Shown here: piece after piece, positions 43,596-51,795 of the stretch
How the letters are laid out: each line of letters opens with the position of its first letter
How positions within the stretch are numbered: position 1 is the first letter of the stretch
Assembly: GCA_035648055.1 (NCBI GenBank)
Contig: DASRMF010000060.1
Coordinates: 1,195-65,194, forward strand
Length of the DNA stretch: 64,000 bases
From: Atribacterota bacterium
Lineage (GTDB): Bacteria > Atribacterota > Phoenicimicrobiia > Phoenicimicrobiales > Phoenicimicrobiaceae
Direction of reading: 5' to 3'
Position numbers and translations under genes: made by a program
The notes under the pieces: model-generated
Database searches by the model: none
Seen by the model: the letters and a program-made list of their open reading frames with translations, nothing else
Told to the model about the DNA's origin: nothing

Positions 43596-43635
43596 TTCAA
43601 TTAAGGGTCGGATAACTCTCCGACCCTTAATTGAA
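43596..43635 (-). other. Perfect 17 bp stem / 6 nt loop hairpin (TTCAATTAAGGGTCGGA taactc TCCGACCCTTAATTGAA) between acpP and fabF
   Basis: The two arms are exact reverse complements. The hairpin is not followed directly by a U-tract, so it is a candidate RNA processing or stability element, or a partial terminator, rather than a canonical terminator. Confidence 0.6.
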
Positions 43636-43729
43636 TAGACATTAATTTTAATTTCTTAACATTATTCTTAATACATATCTTTTAAAAAATAAATATAAAA
43701 TACTTATGCCTAATTTTATATTTATATTC

Positions 43730-43954
43730 TTATTTGCTTAAGTATTTAACCGCATCTCCGATAGTTTTCATCTTTTCAGCATCTTCATCCGGAATTTCTA
43801 TATCAAATTCTTCCTCGAAAGCCATTATCAGTTCAACTATATCTAAAGAATCAGCACCCAGATCATCAATAAAAGAAGAATTTTCCGTAATTTTACTTTC
43901 ATCAACTCCTAATTGATCTACGATTATCTTTTTTATTCTGTCCATTGACTCCAT
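43730..43954 (-). CDS. acpP: Acyl carrier protein
   Basis: 74 aa. The phosphopantetheine attachment motif LGADSLD is present. Confidence 0.95.
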   Translation of the reverse strand: MESMDRIKKIIVDQLGVDESKITENSSFIDDLGADSLDIVELIMAFEEEFDIEIPDEDAEKMKTIGDAVKYLSK

Positions 43955-43973
43955 TCTATACTTTCACCTCCTT

Positions 43974-44720
43974 TCACATTACCATGCCGCCATCGACATT
44001 TATAACTTGTCCTGTAATATAATTTGCTGCATCAGAAACTAAAAAATACACCACTTTAGCGATATCTTCCACAGTACCCAATCTTTTCAAAGGGATTTGC
44101 TGTTGCAGATCTTTTCTAACTTTTTCCGGTAATTTTTTAGTCATATCTGTTTCTATAAATCCGGGCGCAATAGCATTTACATTTATATTTCTCAAAGCAA
44201 GTTCTTTTGCCATTGATTTAGTTAATCCTATTATCCCTGCTTTTGATGCGGCATAATTAACCTGACCGATATTTCCCACTAATCCGATAACTGAGGATAT
44301 ATTTACAATTTTATCATTGCTCTTTTGCCTCATCATATATTTTGCCACAGATTTGGAACAATTGAAAGTACCTTTTAGATTTATTTTTATCACTGCATCC
44401 CAATCTTCTTCTTTCATCCTGATTAAAAGAGCATCGCGGGTTATTCCAGCGTTATTTATCAATATATCTATTTTCCCAAATTTATTTATAACCTCTTTCA
44501 CCATTCTATCAACTTCATCAAATACGGTTATATCAGCTTTTATCCCAATTGCCATATTACCACTTTTTTTGATTTCTTCCAAAGTTTTATCAATCTCACT
44601 TTTTGGTGAAATATCGTTAACAACTATATTTGCTCCATGGTGTGCTAATTCCAGGGCAATAGCCCTACCTATTCCCCGGGCAGACCCGGTAATTAAAGCA
44701 ACCTTTCCAGATAGTCCCAT
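43974..44720 (-). CDS. fabG: 3-oxoacyl-ACP reductase FabG. Start re-assigned to the ATG at 44720.
   Basis: MGLSGKVALITGSARGIGRAIA gives the canonical SDR N-terminus. GGGGGAGGT RBS lies upstream. This removes the 26 bp overlap with fabD. Confidence 0.9.
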   Translation of the reverse strand: MGLSGKVALITGSARGIGRAIALELAHHGANIVVNDISPKSEIDKTLEEIKKSGNMAIGIKADITVFDEVDRMVKEVINKFGKIDILINNAGITRDALLIRMKEEDWDAVIKINLKGTFNCSKSVAKYMMRQKSNDKIVNISSVIGLVGNIGQVNYAASKAGIIGLTKSMAKELALRNINVNAIAPGFIETDMTKKLPEKVRKDLQQQIPLKRLGTVEDIAKVVYFLVSDAANYITGQVINVDGGMVM

Positions 44721-44721
44721 T

Positions 44722-45672
44722 TTATAAGACCTCCCCCATTTTTTCAATTACATATTGAAGAGAATTCGAATCAAATACATTAAAGACTTCAGACTCGGGA
44801 GTAATTTGCTTAATTAATCCTTTCAACACTTTCCCGGGGCCTACCTCTATAAAACAATTAATGCCTTCGGAACTCACTTTTTTTATGGAATCAACCCACT
44901 TTACAGGTTGAGTCATTTGTTCAATTAGAGCTGACCTAACCCCTTCTTTATTTTTAATATAATCAGCAGTAACATTGCAACTTACAGGTATTTTAGGATT
45001 ATCTATTTTTACTTTTTCTAAATATCTTGCTAAATTCTCTTTGGCCGTTTCCATAAATGATGAGTGAAAAGGAGCACTTACCTTTAAAGGTATTACCAGC
45101 CTTGCTCCTTTCTCTTTGGCCATTACAGATAATCTTTCCAATGCTTTAATTTCACCGGAAACTACAATTTGCGTTGGAGAATTATGATTAGCAATTTCTA
45201 CTATCCCAATATCCTTAATTTTTTCACACATTTCACTTATCTCATCTTTTTCTAAGCCGATAATTGCTAACATTGAACCAGTTCCTGCCGGAGTTGAATT
45301 TTGCATGTATTCTCCCCTTTTCCTCACTAACTTCACTGCATCTTCAAACTTAATAGCAGAACTAGCTACCAGTGCTGAATATTCTCCCAAGCTATGTCCG
45401 GCAACTATAGAGGGTTCAATTTTATTTTTTCTTAACAATTTACACAAAATTGTACTGACAGTTAAAATTGCCGGTTGAGCATTAACCGTATTTTTTAATT
45501 CTTCTTCCGGACCTTCGAAACAGATTTTGCCAATATCTACTCTTTCTTCTTTTAGAGCTTCATTCGCCCTATTAATTAAATTTTTCGCTTCCGGATAATT
45601 TTCTATTAGATCTTTTCCCATTCCTACTTTTTGAGAGCCCTGACCGGGGAAAACAAAGGCTATTTTGTTCAT
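44722..45672 (-). CDS. fabD: Malonyl CoA-ACP transacylase
   Basis: 316 aa. Active-site GHSLGE motif. Confidence 0.92.
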   Translation of the reverse strand: MNKIAFVFPGQGSQKVGMGKDLIENYPEAKNLINRANEALKEERVDIGKICFEGPEEELKNTVNAQPAILTVSTILCKLLRKNKIEPSIVAGHSLGEYSALVASSAIKFEDAVKLVRKRGEYMQNSTPAGTGSMLAIIGLEKDEISEMCEKIKDIGIVEIANHNSPTQIVVSGEIKALERLSVMAKEKGARLVIPLKVSAPFHSSFMETAKENLARYLEKVKIDNPKIPVSCNVTADYIKNKEGVRSALIEQMTQPVKWVDSIKKVSSEGINCFIEVGPGKVLKGLIKQITPESEVFNVFDSNSLQYVIEKMGEVL

Positions 45673-45713
45673 TGTCTATTTTGTAACTCCTTTTCTATTA
45701 TATATTATCGAAA

Positions 45714-46706
45714 TTATTTGCGCCATTTTAAAATAATGGATCCGCTAGTTAGACCGGCACCAAATGCGGTCAGTACTACAATATCACCATTTTTAATCTT
45801 ACCTTCTTTTGCTACTTCATCAAGAGCAATCATGACAGAAGCAGCTGAAGTATTTCCATATTTATTTAAATTTACAAAAACTTTATCCTTTTCTATTTTT
45901 AAAACTCTGGTTAGTGCGGAAATAATTCGGATATTAGCTTGATGCGGAATAAAACAATCTACATCTTCTACCGAAAGATTACATTTATCCAAAGTTTCTA
46001 CAGTAGTTCTTTTCATGTGTTTAACCGCAAGCTTAAATACTTCATTTCCTTTCATCTTAACATAATGCATTTTCTTTTCTACAGTTTCATGAGAAGCAGG
46101 GTTCCTGGAAAGACCGGCGGGTAACATAATCAAATCATCATTTGACCCGTCTCCTTTTAAACAACCGGAAAGGATTCCTTCCTCCTGGTTTGCTTTTAAA
46201 ACAGCTGCCCCTGCTCCGTCACCAAAAAGAATACAAGTATTTCTATCAGTCCAGTCAACAAGTTTTGAGAGAGTTTCTGCTCCAATTATTAAGGCATTAT
46301 CATAAAAACCGGTAGCAATATATTGCCAGGCAGTAACCAAGGCATAAACCGAACCGGTGCATCCTGCTTGCAGGTCAAAGGTTGCGGCATTTACAGCTTT
46401 AATATTTTTTTGAACCAGGCAAGCGGTGGCCGGGAAAGCCATATCCGGAGAATTGGTAGCAACAATTATTAAATCAATCTCCTCGGGTTTAATATTTGCA
46501 TCTTTTATGGCTTTTAAAGCTGCCTTTGAAGCTACATCTGAAGTAGCTTCATTGTCTTCAGCTATATGGCGTTCAGCGATGCCGGTTCTGGTGATAATCC
46601 ATTCGTGATTTGTATCAACCATTTTTTCCAAATCTTCATTGGTCAGAATTTTTGTGGGAACATAAGAACCCGTTCCAATTATTTTAACATTTTGCATATT
46701 TTTCAT
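45714..46706 (-). CDS. fabH: 3-oxoacyl-ACP synthase III
   Basis: 330 aa, FabH family (active-site Cys in the AGCTGSVYAL context). Confidence 0.92.
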   Translation of the reverse strand: MKNMQNVKIIGTGSYVPTKILTNEDLEKMVDTNHEWIITRTGIAERHIAEDNEATSDVASKAALKAIKDANIKPEEIDLIIVATNSPDMAFPATACLVQKNIKAVNAATFDLQAGCTGSVYALVTAWQYIATGFYDNALIIGAETLSKLVDWTDRNTCILFGDGAGAAVLKANQEEGILSGCLKGDGSNDDLIMLPAGLSRNPASHETVEKKMHYVKMKGNEVFKLAVKHMKRTTVETLDKCNLSVEDVDCFIPHQANIRIISALTRVLKIEKDKVFVNLNKYGNTSAASVMIALDEVAKEGKIKNGDIVVLTAFGAGLTSGSIILKWRK

Positions 46707-46750
46707 TAATTAATATCTTTCCCTTCTTCTTATTGAATTATTTTATTTAT

Positions 46751-47728
46751 TTATATCTCTTTAAAGTGTTCAACTATGTTAGCATCTATAAATTTGCCGG
46801 TATTGAGTATGGCATTTTTAAAAGTTTTTGCTTTTGACCGTCCATGACAAATAAAGCATAATCCGTTTACACCTAACAGAGGAGATCCGCCGTGTTCAGT
46901 ATAATCGGTCATTTTTACCAAATTCATAAATTTTTCCTTTATTTTATCCATTTCTTGATTTTGTGGAAGTTGGCTGATGACCATTTTGTTAATCTCGGTT
47001 AAAAGCATCTTGGCTAACCCTTCTGAAGATTTTAACAATATGTTGCCGGTAAATCCATCACATACTACTACATCCACCTTCCCCTTAAAAATATCTTTAC
47101 CTTCAATATTTCCTACAAAATTAATATTGGCATTTTCTAATTTTTTATAAGCATTTTGAGCGAATTTATTTCCTTTATTTTCTTCTTCACCAATATTTAA
47201 CAACCCTATCTTTGGATTATCTATTCCTAAAATATATTTAGCGTATTTACTTCCTATAAGGGCAAACTGAGGTAGATGTTCCGGCTTGCAATCAACATTG
47301 GCACCCACATCTAATACCAATACTTTCCCTTTTGCTGAGGGCAAAATGGCACCAATGGTTGGACGGTGTATTTTAGGAATACACCCTAACTCCAATAATG
47401 CCGCAGCCATAACCGCCCCACTATTTCCGGCAGAAATAAAAGCATCAGCTTGATTGTTTTTGATTAATTTTGTGCCTACTACTATGGAAGAATCCCTTTT
47501 GTTCCGTATGGCATCTAAAGGAAATTCACCTGTTTCAATATATTCTTTACAATTTATAATCGATAATTTATCTTTATTATATTTATATTTTACTAACTCT
47601 TCTTTAACTTTCTCTATATCACCTAATAAAATAATCTCTAAGTCTCTTTCTTCTAAGGCCAAAACTGCACCTTTCACAACTTCTTCAGGGGCGTAATCCC
47701 CTCCCATGGCGTCAAGAGCTATTTTCAT
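46751..47728 (-). CDS. plsX: Phosphate acyltransferase PlsX
   Basis: 325 aa. Motif IALDAMGGD. Confidence 0.92.
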   Translation of the reverse strand: MKIALDAMGGDYAPEEVVKGAVLALEERDLEIILLGDIEKVKEELVKYKYNKDKLSIINCKEYIETGEFPLDAIRNKRDSSIVVGTKLIKNNQADAFISAGNSGAVMAAALLELGCIPKIHRPTIGAILPSAKGKVLVLDVGANVDCKPEHLPQFALIGSKYAKYILGIDNPKIGLLNIGEEENKGNKFAQNAYKKLENANINFVGNIEGKDIFKGKVDVVVCDGFTGNILLKSSEGLAKMLLTEINKMVISQLPQNQEMDKIKEKFMNLVKMTDYTEHGGSPLLGVNGLCFICHGRSKAKTFKNAILNTGKFIDANIVEHFKEI

Positions 47729-48316
47729 TTAGTTTTTCTCCTTTTTTAGGTTATCATCAACGGTAAAAATTACTAATTTTCCCGTAAATACTTCTTTTTG
47801 GTCAGCCTTTACGTGAACTGATACTAAATATTTATTACCTTTGTTACGAGCAATTCTTGCTTTGGCTACCAAAGTCTGCCCGGCATATACAGGTTTTTTA
47901 TAGCTTAAACGAGCAACCCCGGTTAAAGCTACTTCTGCATCAATGATGGAAATTGCCAATGAATCAGCTAAAGAAAATATATAATGACTTCTAACTATCC
48001 CAGTTCTGTTAAAAGCCATATCTTTTGTAGTTTTTAGGATGGCAATGGCATTCTTACCCAACTCAAAATCTACTAATTCGCCAACTATCTCTTCTTTACT
48101 CAGAGATTTTACCTTATCACTTGAGGAAGTATTTTTGGCAACTTGCACTATTCGTTTTCTCATTTCAGGAATACCCATTTCTAGTCTATCTAATCGAATA
48201 GTTTGCACACTAAAGTTAAATAATTCAGCAAGTTTTTTATCAGACAAAAATGGGTCATTCGAAATATGTTCTTTTATTCCTCTTTGCCTTTCCAATTTAC
48301 TTAAATTTTGAATCAT
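47729..48316 (-). CDS. fapR: Fatty acid/phospholipid synthesis transcriptional repressor FapR
   Basis: 195 aa with an N-terminal DeoR-type HTH (LSDKKLAELFNFSVQTIRLD) and a C-terminal hotdog (thioesterase-like) domain, positioned directly upstream of plsX as in Bacillus. Confidence 0.8.
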   Translation of the reverse strand: MIQNLSKLERQRGIKEHISNDPFLSDKKLAELFNFSVQTIRLDRLEMGIPEMRKRIVQVAKNTSSSDKVKSLSKEEIVGELVDFELGKNAIAILKTTKDMAFNRTGIVRSHYIFSLADSLAISIIDAEVALTGVARLSYKKPVYAGQTLVAKARIARNKGNKYLVSVHVKADQKEVFTGKLVIFTVDDNLKKEKN

Positions 48317-48358
48317 TTTATCAGCCGCCTATTTTATTTTCATTAATAGCACCTATTA

Positions 48359-48372
48359 TTAGTAACTACTAA
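48359..48372. promoter_or_regulatory. Candidate FapR operator, palindrome TTAGTA-AC-TACTAA, just downstream of the fapR promoter -10
   Basis: The half-sites TTAGTA/TACTAA are identical to the B. subtilis FapR box (TTAGTAccagaTACTAA) but with a 2 bp centre. The site lies at about +2 to +15 relative to the predicted TSS. Confidence 0.45.
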
Positions 48373-48380
48373 TTGTAAGT

Positions 48381-48409
48381 ATTATATATTAGTCGTATCT
48401 AAAAATCAA
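48381..48409 (-). promoter_or_regulatory. Consensus-like sigma-70 promoter of the fapR-plsX-fab operon (-35 TTGATT, 17 bp, -10 TATAAT)
   Basis: Reverse complement is TTGATTtttagatacgactaataTATAAT. Confidence 0.5.
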
Positions 48410-48546
48410 GCATTTTTGTAAAGTATCGAGTAAAATTATAGCGTGGAGCGCATAGTTAGGAAAAAAGAAAGAAGACAGAAAAAGTAATATTGGTCTTTTT
48501 GTCTAACTACTCTATTAAAGTTTACAATAAATTTATATTATGGAAA

Positions 48547-48586
48547 TAAAAAAAGTGCCACAATCTAATAAATTAACTGTGACACT
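48547..48586 (-). terminator. Intrinsic terminator downstream of rpmF
   Basis: On the minus strand, hairpin AGTGTCACAG..loop..ATTGTGGCACT (8 bp stem with one mismatch) is followed by U8. Confidence 0.45.
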
Positions 48587-48628
48587 TTCTCATATCTAAT
48601 AATTCTAATAATAATGATATTTTATAAT

Positions 48629-48826
48629 TTATTTCTTTTTATCTTTTTTCTCAGAAGTTGGAATAATTTCTTTTCCATTATAATAACCGCATTCAAGACA
48701 TGCCCTGTGAGGTAATTTCATCTCATGGCATCTCGGGCATTCCTCTAAGTTTACTTCTTTCAAATTCCAGTGTGTGCGTCTCTTGTCTCTTCTGGATTTT
48801 GATGTTTTTCTTTTGGGCATCGGCAT
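48629..48826 (-). CDS. rpmF: 50S ribosomal protein L32 (zinc-ribbon type)
   Basis: 65 aa. CPRC ... CLEC zinc motif. L32 family. Confidence 0.9.
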   Translation of the reverse strand: MPMPKRKTSKSRRDKRRTHWNLKEVNLEECPRCHEMKLPHRACLECGYYNGKEIIPTSEKKDKKK

Positions 48827-48978
48827 AGCGTATACCTCCTTTTGTCATAATATAGTTTAATTGTATATCTCTGTTCGTTAAATAGTTAATTGGTTAACCA
48901 ACTAACAGGCTAACTATCTTGATAACTTTAAAAGTATATAATTTCTTATTGAAAAAAGCAAATTATTTTTTAATTTTT

Positions 48979-50328
48979 CTAATTGTTTCTATTAGCCTTT
49001 ATTTTAGATAAGTCGGGCTTTTCTTTGCATTCTTTTTCAAAGGCCTTCTTTCTCATTAAATTCTTGTAATCTTTATCTTGAAAAGTATATTTAAAGTTAG
49101 TATGAATATCATAAGTACCTTCCAGTAAGGCTACTACATCTTCCACAAAGACCAATTCTTCATCGGTGGGGATAATAAATATCCTTACCGGGGAATCATC
49201 GGCAGAGATATCCAGTTCAGCATTCCTGGTTCGGGCTAATCTGTTCTTTTCGGGATCGTATTTGATTCCCAGGATATCCAGTCCTTCTAATATCTTACCA
49301 CGAATAATAGGACTCATCTCCCCTACTCCGGCGGTAAAGACCAGAGCATCTACTCTTCCTAAGGCGGCGGTATAGGCACCAATATATTTTTTCAACCGGT
49401 AGGCCTCCATCTCCAGGGCTAATTGGGCTCTTTTGTCTCCATTGGAGGCGGCTTTAATTACATCTCTTCTATCTACATACTTACCGGTTATACCCAATAT
49501 TCCACTTTTTTTGTTTAGGATGGCATCCATCTCTTGGGGGGAATAACCTTCTTTTTGCATGACGTAGAAGTCCAGAGCAGCATCATGATCTCCGGCTCTG
49601 GTCCCCATAATGGCTCCTTCTAAGGGAGTAAATCCCATACTGGTATCATAAGACAGACCATCTTTTACTGCATTCACACTTACTCCATTTCCGATATGGC
49701 AGCTTATTAGATTGCATTTGAAGGGGTCTTTATTCAGGAGAACCGCTGCCCTTTTGGCTACATATAGTAATGAGGTGCCGTGAAAACCGTATCTTCTTAT
49801 CCCGTATTTTTCATACCACTGGTAGGGCACAGCATAATTATAGATATAGTCAGGCATAGTCTGATGCCAGGCAGTATCCATAATGGCCATATGGGGAATA
49901 TCAGGTAATAGTTCCATGGCTGCTTCGATACCCATAATATTAGGGGGATTATGTAATGGAGCGAGACCGGCAAGTTCTTTAAAGGTTTTTCGGACCTCCT
50001 GGTTGATGATTACCGATTTGGAAAATTTTTCACCACCATGGACTACCCTATGGCCGATAGCGGCAATATCGGATAAATCCTTTATGGCACCATATTCCGG
50101 ATGAATAAGGCTATCTATGATTAATTTTACAGCTTCTTTATGGGTAGGACAATCATGCTCTATGGTAACTTTTTCTTTATGATTGACCTCATGAACGCAG
50201 AAAGAATTTTCTATGGTGACTCGCTCTACTATACCTTTGGCAATTATTTCCTGGTTTTTCCAATTATAAAGTTCATATTTTACCGAGGAACTGCCGCAGT
50301 TGAAAGATAATATGATCATAGTTTTCAC
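48979..50328 (-). CDS. ackA: Acetate kinase (with ~50 aa C-terminal extension)
   Basis: 449 aa. N-terminal NCGSSSVKYELY motif and acetokinase family conservation. AGGTGA RBS. Confidence 0.88.
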   Translation of the reverse strand: MKTMIILSFNCGSSSVKYELYNWKNQEIIAKGIVERVTIENSFCVHEVNHKEKVTIEHDCPTHKEAVKLIIDSLIHPEYGAIKDLSDIAAIGHRVVHGGEKFSKSVIINQEVRKTFKELAGLAPLHNPPNIMGIEAAMELLPDIPHMAIMDTAWHQTMPDYIYNYAVPYQWYEKYGIRRYGFHGTSLLYVAKRAAVLLNKDPFKCNLISCHIGNGVSVNAVKDGLSYDTSMGFTPLEGAIMGTRAGDHDAALDFYVMQKEGYSPQEMDAILNKKSGILGITGKYVDRRDVIKAASNGDKRAQLALEMEAYRLKKYIGAYTAALGRVDALVFTAGVGEMSPIIRGKILEGLDILGIKYDPEKNRLARTRNAELDISADDSPVRIFIIPTDEELVFVEDVVALLEGTYDIHTNFKYTFQDKDYKNLMRKKAFEKECKEKPDLSKIKANRNN

Positions 50329-50396
50329 CTTTCTAATTTTCTTCTTTTTACTATAAACTTGCTAACTTATTTACTTATTTTTATTGTAATAATTGG

Positions 50397-50442
50397 CCGA
50401 TTGACCAATAAACCAATTCTCCGATTGACCAATTTGCCAATT
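50397..50442. repeat. 22 bp tandem direct repeat CCGATTGACCAATwwrCCAATT x2, upstream of ackA and downstream of pta
   Basis: 50397-50418 and 50421-50442 are near-identical. A related CCAATTCTCC(A/G)ATT unit occurs at 57650-57690. Confidence 0.75.
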
Positions 50443-50571
50443 AAATTAGTAGACAGCGTAATTCGTATCTCGTTAAGAATTATTTAGTCGGTAAGTGTTA
50501 TAATTTTTTCTGGCTTCTGATTTCAATCTTTTTGCTCGATACGCTAAACGCTATCCGCTAATTTTATATAT

Positions 50572-51573
50572 TTATACTTCTCCTGCTTGTAAGACGGTAA
50601 TAGCTACCACATTAACTATATCTTCAGCACTACAACCTCGAGAAAGGTCATTAACCGGCTTTCTCATCCCCTGAGAGATGGGACCTATAGCCTCAGCTTT
50701 AGCTAATCTTTCTATTAATTTATAAGCAATGTTTCCAGAATTTAAATCGGGGAATACCAGGACATTAGCTTTTCCGGCTATTTTACTGTTTGGAGCTTTT
50801 CGTTCTCCGATTGAGGGAATTAATGCGGCATCAGCCTGAAGTTCTCCATCAATAAGTAACTCCGGTTTCTTTTCTTTGGCAATTTTAGTAGCCTCGATTA
50901 CTTTTTCCACTAAAGGATGTTTGGCACTCCCCTTGCTGGAAAAAGATAACATTGCCACTCTTGGTTCAAAGCCAACCAGCGCTTTTCCGGTTGCCGCGCT
51001 GGCGATGGCAACATCTGCAAGCTGTTCGGCATTGGGTTCCGGATTTAAAGCACAGTCAGCAAAAACCATAACTCCGTTTTCTCCATAAGGACAATCTGGT
51101 ACCACCATAACGAAAGAACTGGAAACAATATTTATACCGGGAGCTGTTTTTATAGTCTGTAAAGCTGGTCTAAAAACGTCTCCTGTGGCATTAACAGAAC
51201 CGGCAACCAAACCATCTGCATCATCATGATAGACCATTAATGCACCAAAATAAAGAGGATTTTCCAATAGTTGATAAGCTTCGTCTGAGCTCATTCCTTT
51301 ATTTTTACGAAGTTGATAATAAGATTCTGCATATTCTTTCAGTTTTTTAGAATCCTTGGGGTTTATTATTTCTATTTCTTCTGGTAATTCTACCCCCAAT
51401 TCCCGGGCTTTAGATTTAATATTTTCTTCTCTCCCTAAAAGTATTAAACTGGCAATACCTTCATTGATAATAGTTTCTGCCGCTTTAATCATTCGCGGCT
51501 CTTCTCCTTCCGGAAGCACAATGATTTTAGGATTTTTTTTGGCTTTTTCTCGAATAAGTTGTGAAAGTTTCAT
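50572..51573 (-). CDS. pta: Phosphate acetyltransferase
   Basis: 333 aa, collinear with B. subtilis Pta (…GLVSGA..T..T.RPALQ.IKT…SRGCSAED…). Confidence 0.88.
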   Translation of the reverse strand: MKLSQLIREKAKKNPKIIVLPEGEEPRMIKAAETIINEGIASLILLGREENIKSKARELGVELPEEIEIINPKDSKKLKEYAESYYQLRKNKGMSSDEAYQLLENPLYFGALMVYHDDADGLVAGSVNATGDVFRPALQTIKTAPGINIVSSSFVMVVPDCPYGENGVMVFADCALNPEPNAEQLADVAIASAATGKALVGFEPRVAMLSFSSKGSAKHPLVEKVIEATKIAKEKKPELLIDGELQADAALIPSIGERKAPNSKIAGKANVLVFPDLNSGNIAYKLIERLAKAEAIGPISQGMRKPVNDLSRGCSAEDIVNVVAITVLQAGEV

Positions 51574-51751
51574 TTATCTTCTCCTTCTAATAAATATTTA
51601 TTCTAACTTCTTTCCCTTGACATCTTTCTTTTTTTTCTTACGCAATACACAATATTTCTTATATTCTGATTTCTGATTTCTATTTTCATCACTCAATACG
51701 ATATAAGCAATACTATATACGAAAATGTTACTATCAATTTTATTGCAAATT

Positions 51752-51760
51752 TTGTATAAT
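51752..51760 (+). promoter_or_regulatory. Extended -10 promoter element TTGTATAAT upstream of tmcAL
   Basis: TGnTATAAT motif 36 nt upstream of the ATG. Confidence 0.35.
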
Positions 51761-51795
51761 TATAACATAAAATATTTTTTAAATCGAGAAATCTT

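Noticed and set aside
43547-43600. TTG-initiated N-terminal extension of fabF (MKCKFKNSNFLVKVLGKI)
   Set aside because: The start would lie inside the 17 bp hairpin. The canonical FabF N-terminus begins at the ATG at 43546.
48317-48628. Small ORFs in the 312 bp rpmF-fapR spacer (for example + strand MEIKKVPQSNKLTVTLSHI)
   Set aside because: They lack an RBS, are under 20 codons, and overlap the predicted rpmF terminator. The region is better explained as promoter and operator.
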